Part shown: in pieces, positions 8,377 to 17,034 of the stretch
Position numbering within the stretch: the stretch's first letter is position 1
Layout: each line of letters opens with the position of its first letter
Virus record (IMG/VR): IMGVR_UViG_3300035548_000196
Location: 1-24,220 of that record
Direction: 5' to 3' (one strand)
Source of the DNA: a virus
Lineage: Duplodnaviria > Caudoviricetes
DNA length: 24,220 nucleotides
Position numbers and translations under genes: made by a program
Notes under the pieces: model-generated
What the model saw: only the letters and a program-made list of their open reading frames with translations
The model's database searches: none
Told to the model about the DNA's origin: nothing

Positions 8377-10532
8377 ATCTTCGGCCCTCCGTTCATAATC
8401 CCGCCGGGCCGTTGAGCCTGGCGAATCTTCGCGTTGATGGCCGCGTCAAGACGCTTTTCCAACGTCTTGGCGATGGTGTCGGCGTATCGTTCATCCTGCT
8501 CCTGATTGCCGGATGAACCGTCGACAGTGACGTCGATATCGAAATAGGCAACCGATCCGGTAGCCCCGTCCAGGGTCACGGGGATGGTCCTGCCGTCGGG
8601 CAAGGGGACGTGAGCCTCCTCCTTGTAGCGGCCCTCCGAAACCATGGCGAGGCCGGGACTGTTGGAAACACCGCCGTCGGCGAACCCAAGGAAACCAAGG
8701 CCGAAAAGCCCTTTCCCGGACTTGCTGCCGGAAGTGATAAAATTCTCAAACGGGTTCATCACGGCGACGTCCAACAGCTTGTCGATGAGCCCGTCAAGCA
8801 AATGGTCGCCGGTCTTGAAACTCGACGTCATGGACGACCCGATCTGCCCGAAGGCGTCTTCGCCCACGTCGCCGAGTTCGCCGAATTTATCTTTCCATTT
8901 GTCGGTTTGCTTGTGCGCCTTCTCGGCCTCATCCTTGAGGTATTCCGTCTCCTCCTCGCGGATGCGCTTCAACTCGGACGATTGGTAACGCTCTATGTCG
9001 GCGTAGGACGCGCCAAGCTCTCGGGCGTGGTCAACGTTCTCCTGCACTTTCTGGCGCTCATAGTCGAAACGGGAAAGCGTGTTCTGCTTGTAGGTGTCGG
9101 TCAACTCGTCGTTTATCTGCGCGAGTTCCTTGGCCGCTCTCTGCTCGACGGCCTTGGCTTCCTTGGACTTGGCCTCGGCCTCCTCGTTGCTGATCCTCTT
9201 GAGTTCGCTAGCCGTGTACCTTTCGATTTCCGCCACCGACACACCTTTCGCCCGGTAATCCTCGACCTCAAGGCGCAGTTTCTCGCGCTGATAGTCGTAC
9301 CGGTTGAGGGCATTTTTGTTGATGGCATTGGTCATGCGGTCGCTGATCCGTTCCAACTCCTCTGCGCTGGCCTTCTGCTCTTCGGTCGCGTCCGGTTTAT
9401 CATTGGTCCACGACATGTCACCGTACCCAAGCGTGTCGCCCTTGATGGCCTTCATGGCATTGAGCCGCTGCTCATCTTTGGCCGTCGCGAGTTCGGCTTC
9501 GAGTTCCTTGATCTGCGCCTCGGTGGCTTCCTTCTCGTCTTTGTACATCTGGCCGCGCTGCCGGAGTCGCAAGTCTGCGATGCGGTTTTCCAGCTTCTCG
9601 ACTTCGGTGACGGTTTCAAGCCAGTGCTCGGCCTCGTCGTGGCTCATGGTCAGCCACTCCCCGAAGCCGAGTTCGCCGCGCCACATGGCGGCGGTTGTCT
9701 CGTACATGCGGCCCAGCCCTTCAACACCCTCGGTAGCGCCTTCAAGGGCGAACGTTATGGCGTTGACGCCGCCGACAGCCGCCGAACTGCTGGACAGGCT
9801 CGTCTTGAAATCATCCCATGCGGTTTGCATGCGGTTTACGGCGGCGACCTGACCGTCGGCCATGGCTTCCGCGCCATCGACGTATTTGTCGTGCATAAGG
9901 TCGGCAAGGCGCGGGAGCAGGTCGTCGGCCATGACCTGACCGTCAGCGAGCATCTTGTCGAGTTCTGCGGTGGTCACCCCCATGGCCTGCGCCGCCATCT
10001 GGAAGGCTCCGGGCAACCGCTCGCCCAACTGGCCCCGCAATTCCTCGGCCTGGACCTTGCCTTTACTCATCATCTGCGTAACGGCATAGAGCGAGCCGTT
10101 GATCTCGTCGTTGCTGAGCCCCAAAGCCGTCCCGGCTTCGGTCAGGGCAATGAAGATCTTGCGGGTCGACTCGCCTTCCATGGCGGTCCCGCGCGAAGCC
10201 GCGAATAGGGACTTGTAAGCGTCGGCAGTGTCGTAGAAGACCAGGCCAAGCCTGTCGGCCTCTTTACGGACAAAATCCATTTCGACGCCAGCGTCACGGA
10301 TATTCCCGGTGATGGCCTCGTATGATTTCGCTGATCTTTCCGCTCTGACCCCGGCATCGAACACGGATTTTGCGAACTGCGCCACGGCAAGCCCGCCCAT
10401 AACCGCGCCGAGTCCGGTCACGGCCCCGTCGAGCCGCCTGACGTTGGACCATGCGCCCCGCATTTTTGCATCAAAATCGGTCGTATTGGCTGTCAGTCTG
10501 GTTTCTACGCTCGGGCCTTTAACTTTGGGCAT
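8373..10532 (-). CDS. Tail tape measure protein (~719 aa)
   Basis: Tape-measure motif QMMSKGKVQAEELRGQLGERLPGAF, Ala/Gly-rich helical body, C-terminal FADGG and RPGG. Start placed at ATG 10532 (MPKVKGP). Confidence 0.93.
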   Translation of the reverse strand: MPKVKGPSVETRLTANTTDFDAKMRGAWSNVRRLDGAVTGLGAVMGGLAVAQFAKSVFDAGVRAERSAKSYEAITGNIRDAGVEMDFVRKEADRLGLVFYDTADAYKSLFAASRGTAMEGESTRKIFIALTEAGTALGLSNDEINGSLYAVTQMMSKGKVQAEELRGQLGERLPGAFQMAAQAMGVTTAELDKMLADGQVMADDLLPRLADLMHDKYVDGAEAMADGQVAAVNRMQTAWDDFKTSLSSSSAAVGGVNAITFALEGATEGVEGLGRMYETTAAMWRGELGFGEWLTMSHDEAEHWLETVTEVEKLENRIADLRLRQRGQMYKDEKEATEAQIKELEAELATAKDEQRLNAMKAIKGDTLGYGDMSWTNDKPDATEEQKASAEELERISDRMTNAINKNALNRYDYQREKLRLEVEDYRAKGVSVAEIERYTASELKRISNEEAEAKSKEAKAVEQRAAKELAQINDELTDTYKQNTLSRFDYERQKVQENVDHARELGASYADIERYQSSELKRIREEETEYLKDEAEKAHKQTDKWKDKFGELGDVGEDAFGQIGSSMTSSFKTGDHLLDGLIDKLLDVAVMNPFENFITSGSKSGKGLFGLGFLGFADGGVSNSPGLAMVSEGRYKEEAHVPLPDGRTIPVTLDGATGSVAYFDIDVTVDGSSGNQEQDERYADTIAKTLEKRLDAAINAKIRQAQRPGGIMNGGPKI

Positions 10533-10860
10533 GTTTCGTCTCCAAGACTGTCCTTGCGATGTCCCTGACCTTTGACAGGCACTCCCGTTGATCCGGGACG
10601 CCTTCAAGGTCCATCACCGTTTTAACCGCGACGATGTCGAGGTCGATGCGCTCCCTGAGCCTGCCGACCGTGCGCCATTGCCCGGAACACAGACAGTAGA
10701 TATGCGCGGCCTCGATGTTCCCCGGCATGAGGGCCGGAGGGCGGCACTTATCGCACGGCGGTTCCTGCTCAAATTCGGCATAAATCTCCCGGCAGTCCTC
10801 GCAACTGCCTACCTTGTCGCCGCCTTCGCCGAGCCAGACGGCGTATTCCCGGAGTTTTTT
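10519..10860 (-). CDS. gpT-like C-terminal part of the frameshifted tail chaperone GT (Cys-rich)
   Basis: -1 frame after slippery site: KLREYAVW...CEDC...CDKC...QWR...LD..AV...; no own RBS/start seen. Confidence 0.75.
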   Translation of the reverse strand, partial: KKLREYAVWLGEGGDKVGSCEDCREIYAEFEQEPPCDKCRPPALMPGNIEAAHIYCLCSGQWRTVGRLRERIDLDIVAVKTVMDLEGVPDQRECLSKVRDIARTVLETKHAQS

Positions 10861-11243
10861 CTTTCCGCCTCCTTTTCCTTGCGAACATCGGCGTCGATCT
10901 TCTTTCCGCTCTGCTTCACGAAGTTGAAAAACCCGTCCATGCCGTCGAGCGCCTTGATCTTGTTTTTGTCGTTGCACTCCATGGGCCTGTCTCCCTCGTC
11001 GAGGAACGTTTCATCCCAGGAGACGACGCGGCGACAGACTGTCAACTCCATGTCGCGCCTGCGGTTGGTCAGGGCGGTAATGATGGGTTCGATATCGCCC
11101 GATTCGGTCACCCGGTATTCACGTTTGACATCGGTGGTTTCCGCGTCGATGGTCAGGGGGTCGCCGGGCAGGAAAGCACGAATTTCGACCTTCCCGTCCT
11201 CAAAGGGGAAAATGGCGGTTTTCTCGGCTTGAACTTTCGGCAA
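10809..11243 (-). CDS. Tail assembly chaperone G
   Basis: Between tail tube and tape measure; TTG start with AGGAG RBS; ends ...ERKNSG at the slippery site. Confidence 0.8.
   Translation of the reverse strand: MPKVQAEKTAIFPFEDGKVEIRAFLPGDPLTIDAETTDVKREYRVTESGDIEPIITALTNRRRDMELTVCRRVVSWDETFLDEGDRPMECNDKNKIKALDGMDGFFNFVKQSGKKIDADVRKEKEAERKNSGNTPSGSAKAATR
10854..10860 (-). promoter_or_regulatory. Programmed -1 frameshift slippery heptamer A AAA AAC
   Basis: AGA AAA AAC is in frame in G; the -1 frame stays open to 10519. Confidence 0.8.
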
Positions 11244-11260
11244 TGTATATCTCCTGAAAT

Positions 11261-11286
11261 CCGCCGGGCCTGTATTGGCCCGGCGG
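11261..11286 (-). terminator. GC hairpin after tail tube gene (attenuator or mRNA stabiliser)
   Basis: CCGCCGGGCC-TGTATT-GGCCCGGCGG; only a short U-tract. Confidence 0.55.
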
Positions 11287-11293
11287 TCTGTGG

Positions 11294-11986
11294 TTAAATG
11301 GTCATGCTTCCGCCGTGCAGGGCGAAGGACTCGCCCGCCCCCTCGTCGACCAGGTCGCCGGTGCTGGACAGGGTCAGCTCCCCGGCAGCCACTCCGGCAA
11401 CGGTGTATTGCCCGTCGTTGCGGTCGCTTCCTTCAACAATGACGGTCTGACCGATTTTGAAACCGGCGGTCAGGAAACCGGAGCCGGTATCGGTGATGGT
11501 GTCCCCCGTCTCGTCGGAACCGGAGACAAAGGCGATGCCGGAGCCGGTCAGGTGCGCCCCGAAACGGGCGAGGTTGCCCTGAACCAGGATGTCGCAGGAG
11601 AACGGGACAACGGCGTTTTTCTGCACCTCGGGCGGAGTGATCCCGACCAGCTTAAAGCAGGAAAAGGACTTAGCAGCGACATCAGGTGCCCAAAAATCCC
11701 TTTCATCCTCATAGAGCCGGAGGTCGATAAGCGGTTCGTCAGCGAACAGCTTGGCACGAAGCGCGGCCTGGCCGGTCGCGTCGTTTTTGATGTAGTTCCC
11801 GGCCATCTTTCCCCGCTCCCACTTGAGGTCGCTGGTTTCCTCGAAGTCGATTTCTTCGAACTCCTCGATTACGAAGGTGTCGCGAACGGGCTGCGGAATG
11901 GTCAGGGTGTTCAGCCCCTTGATCTTCACCCCGTCGAGCGTGGCCTTTGCCTTGGTCCCTTTCAGGTATTCGGGCTTTGCTTCCAT
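11294..11986 (-). CDS. Major tail (tube) protein with C-terminal beta-rich extension
   Basis: Position after tail terminator and before G; D.TGQ..L tube-like motif; acidic; strong RBS and downstream hairpin. Confidence 0.75.
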   Translation of the reverse strand: MEAKPEYLKGTKAKATLDGVKIKGLNTLTIPQPVRDTFVIEEFEEIDFEETSDLKWERGKMAGNYIKNDATGQAALRAKLFADEPLIDLRLYEDERDFWAPDVAAKSFSCFKLVGITPPEVQKNAVVPFSCDILVQGNLARFGAHLTGSGIAFVSGSDETGDTITDTGSGFLTAGFKIGQTVIVEGSDRNDGQYTVAGVAAGELTLSSTGDLVDEGAGESFALHGGSMTI

Positions 11987-11998
11987 TTTGATTGCTCC

Positions 11999-12436
11999 TT
12001 ACAAGGTTTCTTCGGGGTCAGAGTCGGCGACGTAGTTGACGCTGTACGTCATTGCCAACGACCCGAACGGCATTTCGCCGTCGAGGTTGACATCGGGCTC
12101 CGACCCGGTGAGGGTCGTGCTTTTTGCCAGACCGCCGAAGGTCTGGTCGGCCTGAACGGCGTTTTCGACCTCGACGGCTATTTGGTCCATGAAATCGTCT
12201 ATCCCATCCGCTCCGGCAAAGAGGGCCACTTCGACGACAACGTCATAATCGCGGTCCGTGGCCTCGTCGAAATCGACCGGCTCGGACGATTCCGGGCCGC
12301 TGTAGATGAGCAGGGCGGGGAGTTCTTCGGCGTTCCTCGGCCAATCCCTCGACTTGAAGACCTTCGCGCCGGTTGTCGGCAGCCCGGTCAAAGCCGCCTT
12401 CATGGCTTCTCTGATTTGCGTTCTGACGTGCGCCAT
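11999..12436 (-). CDS. Tail terminator/completion protein (gpU-like)
   Basis: HVRTQIREA, LPALLIY..E, acidic, 145 aa; synteny. Confidence 0.75.
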   Translation of the reverse strand: MAHVRTQIREAMKAALTGLPTTGAKVFKSRDWPRNAEELPALLIYSGPESSEPVDFDEATDRDYDVVVEVALFAGADGIDDFMDQIAVEVENAVQADQTFGGLAKSTTLTGSEPDVNLDGEMPFGSLAMTYSVNYVADSDPEETL

Positions 12437-12729
12437 TACTTGATGACCTCCAAGGTCAGTTCAACGAGGCCGGAATCATCGGTATCTATTTTCCCGACAA
12501 CGAAGGCCCCGCCCGCGATGCCGAGTTCGGTGCCCTTCCCCGCCCACTCGGGCAAGGCGGTCTGTTGACAGGTGAAGGTGTGGACCTTGGACATGACGAA
12601 CCCGTGACCGGCTGCCATTTCAACAGTCTCGACATCATAAATTCCGTCGACCGTGATGCCGCCGAAAGCGGCGACATCGCCAAAGTCCTCGGGGTCGAGC
12701 ATGTCGGCAAGGTCCTCGTTGAAGTCCAT
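12436..12729 (-). CDS. Head-tail joining protein (gpFII-like)
   Basis: 97 aa beta-rich; V.GIYD and D.SG...L.L motifs; synteny. Confidence 0.7.
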   Translation of the reverse strand: MDFNEDLADMLDPEDFGDVAAFGGITVDGIYDVETVEMAAGHGFVMSKVHTFTCQQTALPEWAGKGTELGIAGGAFVVGKIDTDDSGLVELTLEVIK

Positions 12730-13029
12730 TTATTCGCCCCGTTCTTCGATGGCGTCTTCGGCCAGGTCGAGGATTTCGGCGACCTTCATTTCATCGCCGA
12801 CGTTGAGGTCGAACTCGCTGTTCACCTTCTCGATGAGTTCTCCCTTGTTCAGCTTTTTCAGGTCGGCCATGGTCATGGGGCCGGAACCTGCGGACTCGCG
12901 ACCGCCGGGGCGGCGGGCCTTGTGCAAGCGAATCAAATTGCTGGCCTCGCGGTCGTTCAGTTCGATTTCCTGGCCGGGGAAAACGTCCTTGCCGTTGGCG
13001 ACGGTCGCTTCGATGATCTCGATTTTCAT
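12730..13029 (-). CDS. Small post-capsid protein (gpFI-position packaging chaperone-like)
   Basis: PG..IEL...EA..LI N-terminal module plus short helical C-terminal domain; directly after capsid gene. Confidence 0.6.
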   Translation of the reverse strand: MKIEIIEATVANGKDVFPGQEIELNDREASNLIRLHKARRPGGRESAGSGPMTMADLKKLNKGELIEKVNSEFDLNVGDEMKVAEILDLAEDAIEERGE

Positions 13030-13048
13030 GGTCTGTACCTCTTGGCTA

Positions 13049-13077
13049 CGGGGAGGGCTCGCGCAGAGCCCTCCCCG
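13049..13077 (-). terminator. 12-bp hairpin after capsid gene
   Basis: CGGGGAGGGCTC-GCGCA-GAGCCCTCCCCG; no U-tract. Confidence 0.5.
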
Positions 13078-13089
13078 CCTGATTGTCGG

Positions 13090-14988
13090 TTAGTTGGTAA
13101 GGGCGTCCTTCATGACGGCGAAGGACTCTTCGTGCCGGATGCCGATGTCGCACAGGGCGTAGCTGGTGACCTCGATAAGGCCCTGTTTCTTCTTGCTGTA
13201 CGGATCGGCCAGAATTTCGACGACGCCCCACTCGCCGATCATCAGGTCGGCCCAGTTGCCGAAGATGATGGCCGAGCAAACGGCGTTGGCGGTGCCCTTG
13301 GACAGGTCGCGGGGGACCTGGTTGGACGCCCCGGCGGTGTAGCCGTTCATCATGCCGAATCCCGGTTCGTTGCCGTCCTGCCAGATAAATTGCGCGGTTC
13401 CGGCAGCCTTCACGGTCTGCTTGAGCTTCCCGCGCGTCTTGGCGTTGGTCAGGTATGCCAGGGTGCCGACGTCGGCGTTCGCCGTGGCGACCGCGCTTTC
13501 CAGGTCGACGATGTCGCCCCAAACCGGGGCCGCGCCGTTGTCGCCGCCTACGACCATACCGATACCGGACGTGTTCAGGATGCCGGTAGGCTGGTAGCCG
13601 ACGCCGGTTCCGGCGATGGCCGCGAAATCCAGGCCCAGGGCGTTGATGGTGGCGAGGTCGTTACGAACGAAAAACTCGATGTCGGGCGACGACTGCGCGA
13701 GCAGTTTTTTCGTGTAGGCCGTGGTGGCGGTAGCAGCCTTCGGGCTCATGTCGAGCTGATCGAAACTTGCTTCGGATTCGTCGCCGTCGGAACCGGGATT
13801 TTCGCCCACCCACGACAGTTCAGCGCTTCCGGTGTTTTTCGGGAAAGCCAGGTCGCCGGTCAGCCCGGCCAGGACCATCGCGCCGAGCCGCTTGACCATC
13901 ATGCGGTTGCGAAGCAGTTCGATCATGGACATCTGTTCGGTCGGCACCAGGGCACCGCCGGTCGCCACCGTGCCGGTGTTCAGCGGGGCACGCTGCTGAA
14001 CCATGTCCGGGGTGAACCGCAGATTCGTCGGCACGAAAATGCCCTCGGTGTCCCTGCCGAGTTTCTTGGCGATGGTGTCGGAAATCTCCCGCTCGTAGCA
14101 GGAACCGCCGTTCAGGCTGGAACGGATGGCCGACAGGATGGAATACTGTCGGTTTTCCTTGTCGTTCAGTTCCGGGGCGACGGGGGTGAACTTGCGCGGC
14201 TTGCCCATCTTTTCGAGAATGTCCTTGCGGAAATCGGCGACGGAAGTGTCGCCGTTTACGGCTTCGGTCGCCATGTCGCGCATGTCGAACATCTCGCCGA
14301 TGGCGGTGATTTCGCGGATGCGGGCAGCCTCTTCGCGCTTGGCCTCTTCGCGGGCCGCGTTGACGTCGACCACCGGGGCAGCGGGTTCGCTGCGGACGTC
14401 GGTGGCGGGGGTGTGCTGGTCTTTCTTCTCGGGCATTTTCTTTGCTCCCTCGATGGTGATTTGGTTGATGTCGTTGTCTGCGTCCCTGCCGACGCCGACA
14501 GAAGTATCGGCGGGTATCGAGACGATGGATATTTCGTAGGGTTCCCAATCCATCGCTCGGTATGTCTCGTCGTCCTCGTCGGTCTTTTCCAGGATCATCC
14601 GGTAAATCCGATAGCCGACACTGACCAACGTGCGGATACCGTCTTTCACGTCCTGGAAGATTTCCTCGGCCCGCGCGCTTTTCCCAAAGCGTGCAACGGA
14701 CCGCCCCTTGCGGTCCGTCCCGATTTCAACCGATTTGACGACGCCGACTTGATCACGGCGGTCGTGATCCATGAGAATGGCTCCGCCGTTGCGCAAACGG
14801 GCAAGGCGGACGCTGCCGGGGGAATGGTCAAGAATTTCGTTCCCGAACCACCGCCCGACAGGCTCTTCCGAGGAAAAGGACAGTTCGACGGTCCGTTCCT
14901 CTTCGTTTACCGCCTCGCGGTTAAGGGCGAACTCGCGGTAAAGCGGGCCGGACTCAATCGTCCTTGTCTGAAGACTCTGCTTCGGCAC
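13090..14988 (-). CDS. Fused prohead protease (HK97/U35-like) plus major capsid protein
   Basis: N-terminus has ILMDHD, VSVGY, WEPYEISIVSIPAD..VGVGR. C-terminus is HK97-fold (GGALVP, WVGE, QPTGILN, IIFGNW, IRHEESF). GTG start at 14988 after AGGAGG. Confidence 0.92.
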   Translation of the reverse strand: MPKQSLQTRTIESGPLYREFALNREAVNEEERTVELSFSSEEPVGRWFGNEILDHSPGSVRLARLRNGGAILMDHDRRDQVGVVKSVEIGTDRKGRSVARFGKSARAEEIFQDVKDGIRTLVSVGYRIYRMILEKTDEDDETYRAMDWEPYEISIVSIPADTSVGVGRDADNDINQITIEGAKKMPEKKDQHTPATDVRSEPAAPVVDVNAAREEAKREEAARIREITAIGEMFDMRDMATEAVNGDTSVADFRKDILEKMGKPRKFTPVAPELNDKENRQYSILSAIRSSLNGGSCYEREISDTIAKKLGRDTEGIFVPTNLRFTPDMVQQRAPLNTGTVATGGALVPTEQMSMIELLRNRMMVKRLGAMVLAGLTGDLAFPKNTGSAELSWVGENPGSDGDESEASFDQLDMSPKAATATTAYTKKLLAQSSPDIEFFVRNDLATINALGLDFAAIAGTGVGYQPTGILNTSGIGMVVGGDNGAAPVWGDIVDLESAVATANADVGTLAYLTNAKTRGKLKQTVKAAGTAQFIWQDGNEPGFGMMNGYTAGASNQVPRDLSKGTANAVCSAIIFGNWADLMIGEWGVVEILADPYSKKKQGLIEVTSYALCDIGIRHEESFAVMKDALTN

Positions 14989-16498
14989 TGTTCTCCTCCT
15001 GCTTTTCAGGGTTTGCCGTTGCCAGGGTGACGCCCTTTTGTCGGGCGTAATCCTGAGCCTCTGCCATTTCGTCGACCATTTCGTAAAAGTCCCGGCCACG
15101 CTCAAGGCAAAGCTGTTGCGGCGATGCAGTGAGCCCCAGGTCTTCACGTTTGGCCTTGGTATCCTTGGCCGGGTCGACCCACTCCCACCGGCGCGGCTGC
15201 CAATGGGGGGCGTTGAACTTGTTGAATTTGGAAAAAGGCAGGGATATTTCCCCGGTCAGAAAGGCCATGCGCAGCCACCGGGGATACATCTGGTCGTGCA
15301 ACCCTTCGATGATCCAGGATTGCAGACTCATATAAAAATCACGATCTTCAAGCGTGAAGTGCCGGATGCTGGAAAAACTGACGCTTTCGGCGTCGGAGGC
15401 CAGGCCGTTATAAGACGGCCCGAGCCCGGCGGCGATGCCGCGCAATACGCCCTTGTGAAAATCCTTGAACGCGGTGGTCGGGTGCTGCGGATCGAACGCC
15501 TCGAACTTGACGTTATGGGGCAGCCGCTCCAACTGTCCCGGTGCAACTTCGGTGAGGATATTGCCGTCTTCGTCTTCGTCGTCGCCTTCGTAGGTATCGC
15601 CGTTTTCCCCGTCGTAGAAAAATCCCATCTTGCTCGCGCCGGTTCTCGCGGCCACAAGTTCGGCTTCCTCATAGCCGGACAGCATCCGCATCCGCTGCGC
15701 GGACGTCAGAAACCAAGGGATGCCGCGAGTCTGGCCGACACGTTCCACAAGATAAAGGTGGATCATCTCCTCAGCGGGTATGCGCTCATGTCGCTGCCCG
15801 GTCGAATACTGATAGTCGCCGGGATGGTTGGTCAAAACGTAGTAGGCAACAGGGCGTTGCCATTCGTCGATTTCCACGCCGAGACGGATTTCGTTGCCGT
15901 TTTTGGCGACCCCATTGAGTTCGTCGTCGATCATGTCGGCCTCAAGCGGTTGCAGGGCAAACCCGTACTTGTTCGGGAAATTCTCGATAACGCGAAAAAA
16001 GATTTCGCCGTCTCGGGGAACTGAGGTTATTGCCAAGGTCTGCAACGTCAGCCAGGACAAAAGGCCATTGGTCGAGGCTGTTCCTCTCCTTCCCCAATCC
16101 TTGAAGGAAGATTCGATAATTTCATTCGCACGCCGGTCGAGTTCTCCGCCAGGGTCTTTCGCCCGACTCTGAAAGCCGACACCGTGCGGGCCGACAACAT
16201 TGGTCGCCATGAGCCGCAGGAATTTCTTGGCAAACGGATCGTTCGCACACAGGTTGCGCGACAATCCGCGAGCCTTGCGCAGCTTCCCGCGAACGGTCAT
16301 GTCGGCGCTTTCAATGGGAGCAAGAAAATCGCTGGTCAAACGGTTTGTTTTCAACACGTCATAGGTTCGACGGCTTCCCCTCGACCTCTTGGCCTGGCGG
16401 GTCATGCGGCGGACATATCCGGGACGGTTGGAAACAACACGCCGGGGAGTCGGATATTTCCGGCGGGCAGGCTCCTTCTTCTTAAACAATCCGAGCAT
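14954..16498 (-). CDS. Portal protein, lambda family
   Basis: NVVG..G, DGEIF, GVEID..GRP-like, GQTRG.PW, FSSIR, WVDPAKD. Confidence 0.94.
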   Translation of the reverse strand: MLGLFKKKEPARRKYPTPRRVVSNRPGYVRRMTRQAKRSRGSRRTYDVLKTNRLTSDFLAPIESADMTVRGKLRKARGLSRNLCANDPFAKKFLRLMATNVVGPHGVGFQSRAKDPGGELDRRANEIIESSFKDWGRRGTASTNGLLSWLTLQTLAITSVPRDGEIFFRVIENFPNKYGFALQPLEADMIDDELNGVAKNGNEIRLGVEIDEWQRPVAYYVLTNHPGDYQYSTGQRHERIPAEEMIHLYLVERVGQTRGIPWFLTSAQRMRMLSGYEEAELVAARTGASKMGFFYDGENGDTYEGDDEDEDGNILTEVAPGQLERLPHNVKFEAFDPQHPTTAFKDFHKGVLRGIAAGLGPSYNGLASDAESVSFSSIRHFTLEDRDFYMSLQSWIIEGLHDQMYPRWLRMAFLTGEISLPFSKFNKFNAPHWQPRRWEWVDPAKDTKAKREDLGLTASPQQLCLERGRDFYEMVDEMAEAQDYARQKGVTLATANPEKQEENSAEAESSDKDD

Positions 16499-17034
16499 TA
16501 GAACCTCACAAGGATTTTGTTGCCGGGCTTCCTGCCTGCCCGGATTTTCTCAGCCCGCTTTTCTGCGCGGACTTCGCTCTTGTATTTGTCACGCAGGACA
16601 AGCAGGTCGGGCAAAGGCGTCCTGGAAAGACTCCGCCCCTTGATCGTGTATGATTCCTGGTCCTTGCTGGCCCGTTTCTCGATTACGGCCTCGATGGCTT
16701 CAAGCACGCGCTCGGCGTGCGTCCTGCCGTCGAACGTCGCGGCGGACGAAAAATCGGGGAGAATGTCGACGGTGCCCGTGCCGACCGTATGTCTGTCCGC
16801 ATCGCGGGCAACGTAGGCTTGAAACCGGTAGCGTCCAGGCTGCCATGCCGAAGTTGTCGACGCGGACAGACATACGGCATAGTCGTCGCCTTCGGAGGAG
16901 GCGGAAAACTTCACATTGCTCTCCCCGTTGACCAGGGAGAAACGCAACGTCCATCCGTCGGAGGCCAAATATTCAGCAACGGATTCTTTCCAGTTGAGGG
17001 AATCGCCCGAGGTAATTTCTTTCGCTATGTTCAT
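16498..17034 (-). CDS. Head closure protein (C-terminal gpW-like domain with N-terminal extension)
   Basis: ATG overlaps the terminase stop (TGATG). C-terminal SYTIKGRSL...L..LR..Y..EV. Between terminase and portal. Confidence 0.75.
   Translation of the reverse strand: MNIAKEITSGDSLNWKESVAEYLASDGWTLRFSLVNGESNVKFSASSEGDDYAVCLSASTTSAWQPGRYRFQAYVARDADRHTVGTGTVDILPDFSSAATFDGRTHAERVLEAIEAVIEKRASKDQESYTIKGRSLSRTPLPDLLVLRDKYKSEVRAEKRAEKIRAGRKPGNKILVRF

Noticed and set aside
8610-12568. Long + strand ORFs (532, 214 and 417 aa) opposite tail genes
   Set aside because: Same antisense-shadow effect; they fully overlap well-supported minus-strand genes.
12565-15030. 821-aa + strand ORF opposite the capsid gene
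   Set aside because: Antisense shadow of GC-biased coding sequence; no recognisable motifs; the minus-strand genes are clearly real.
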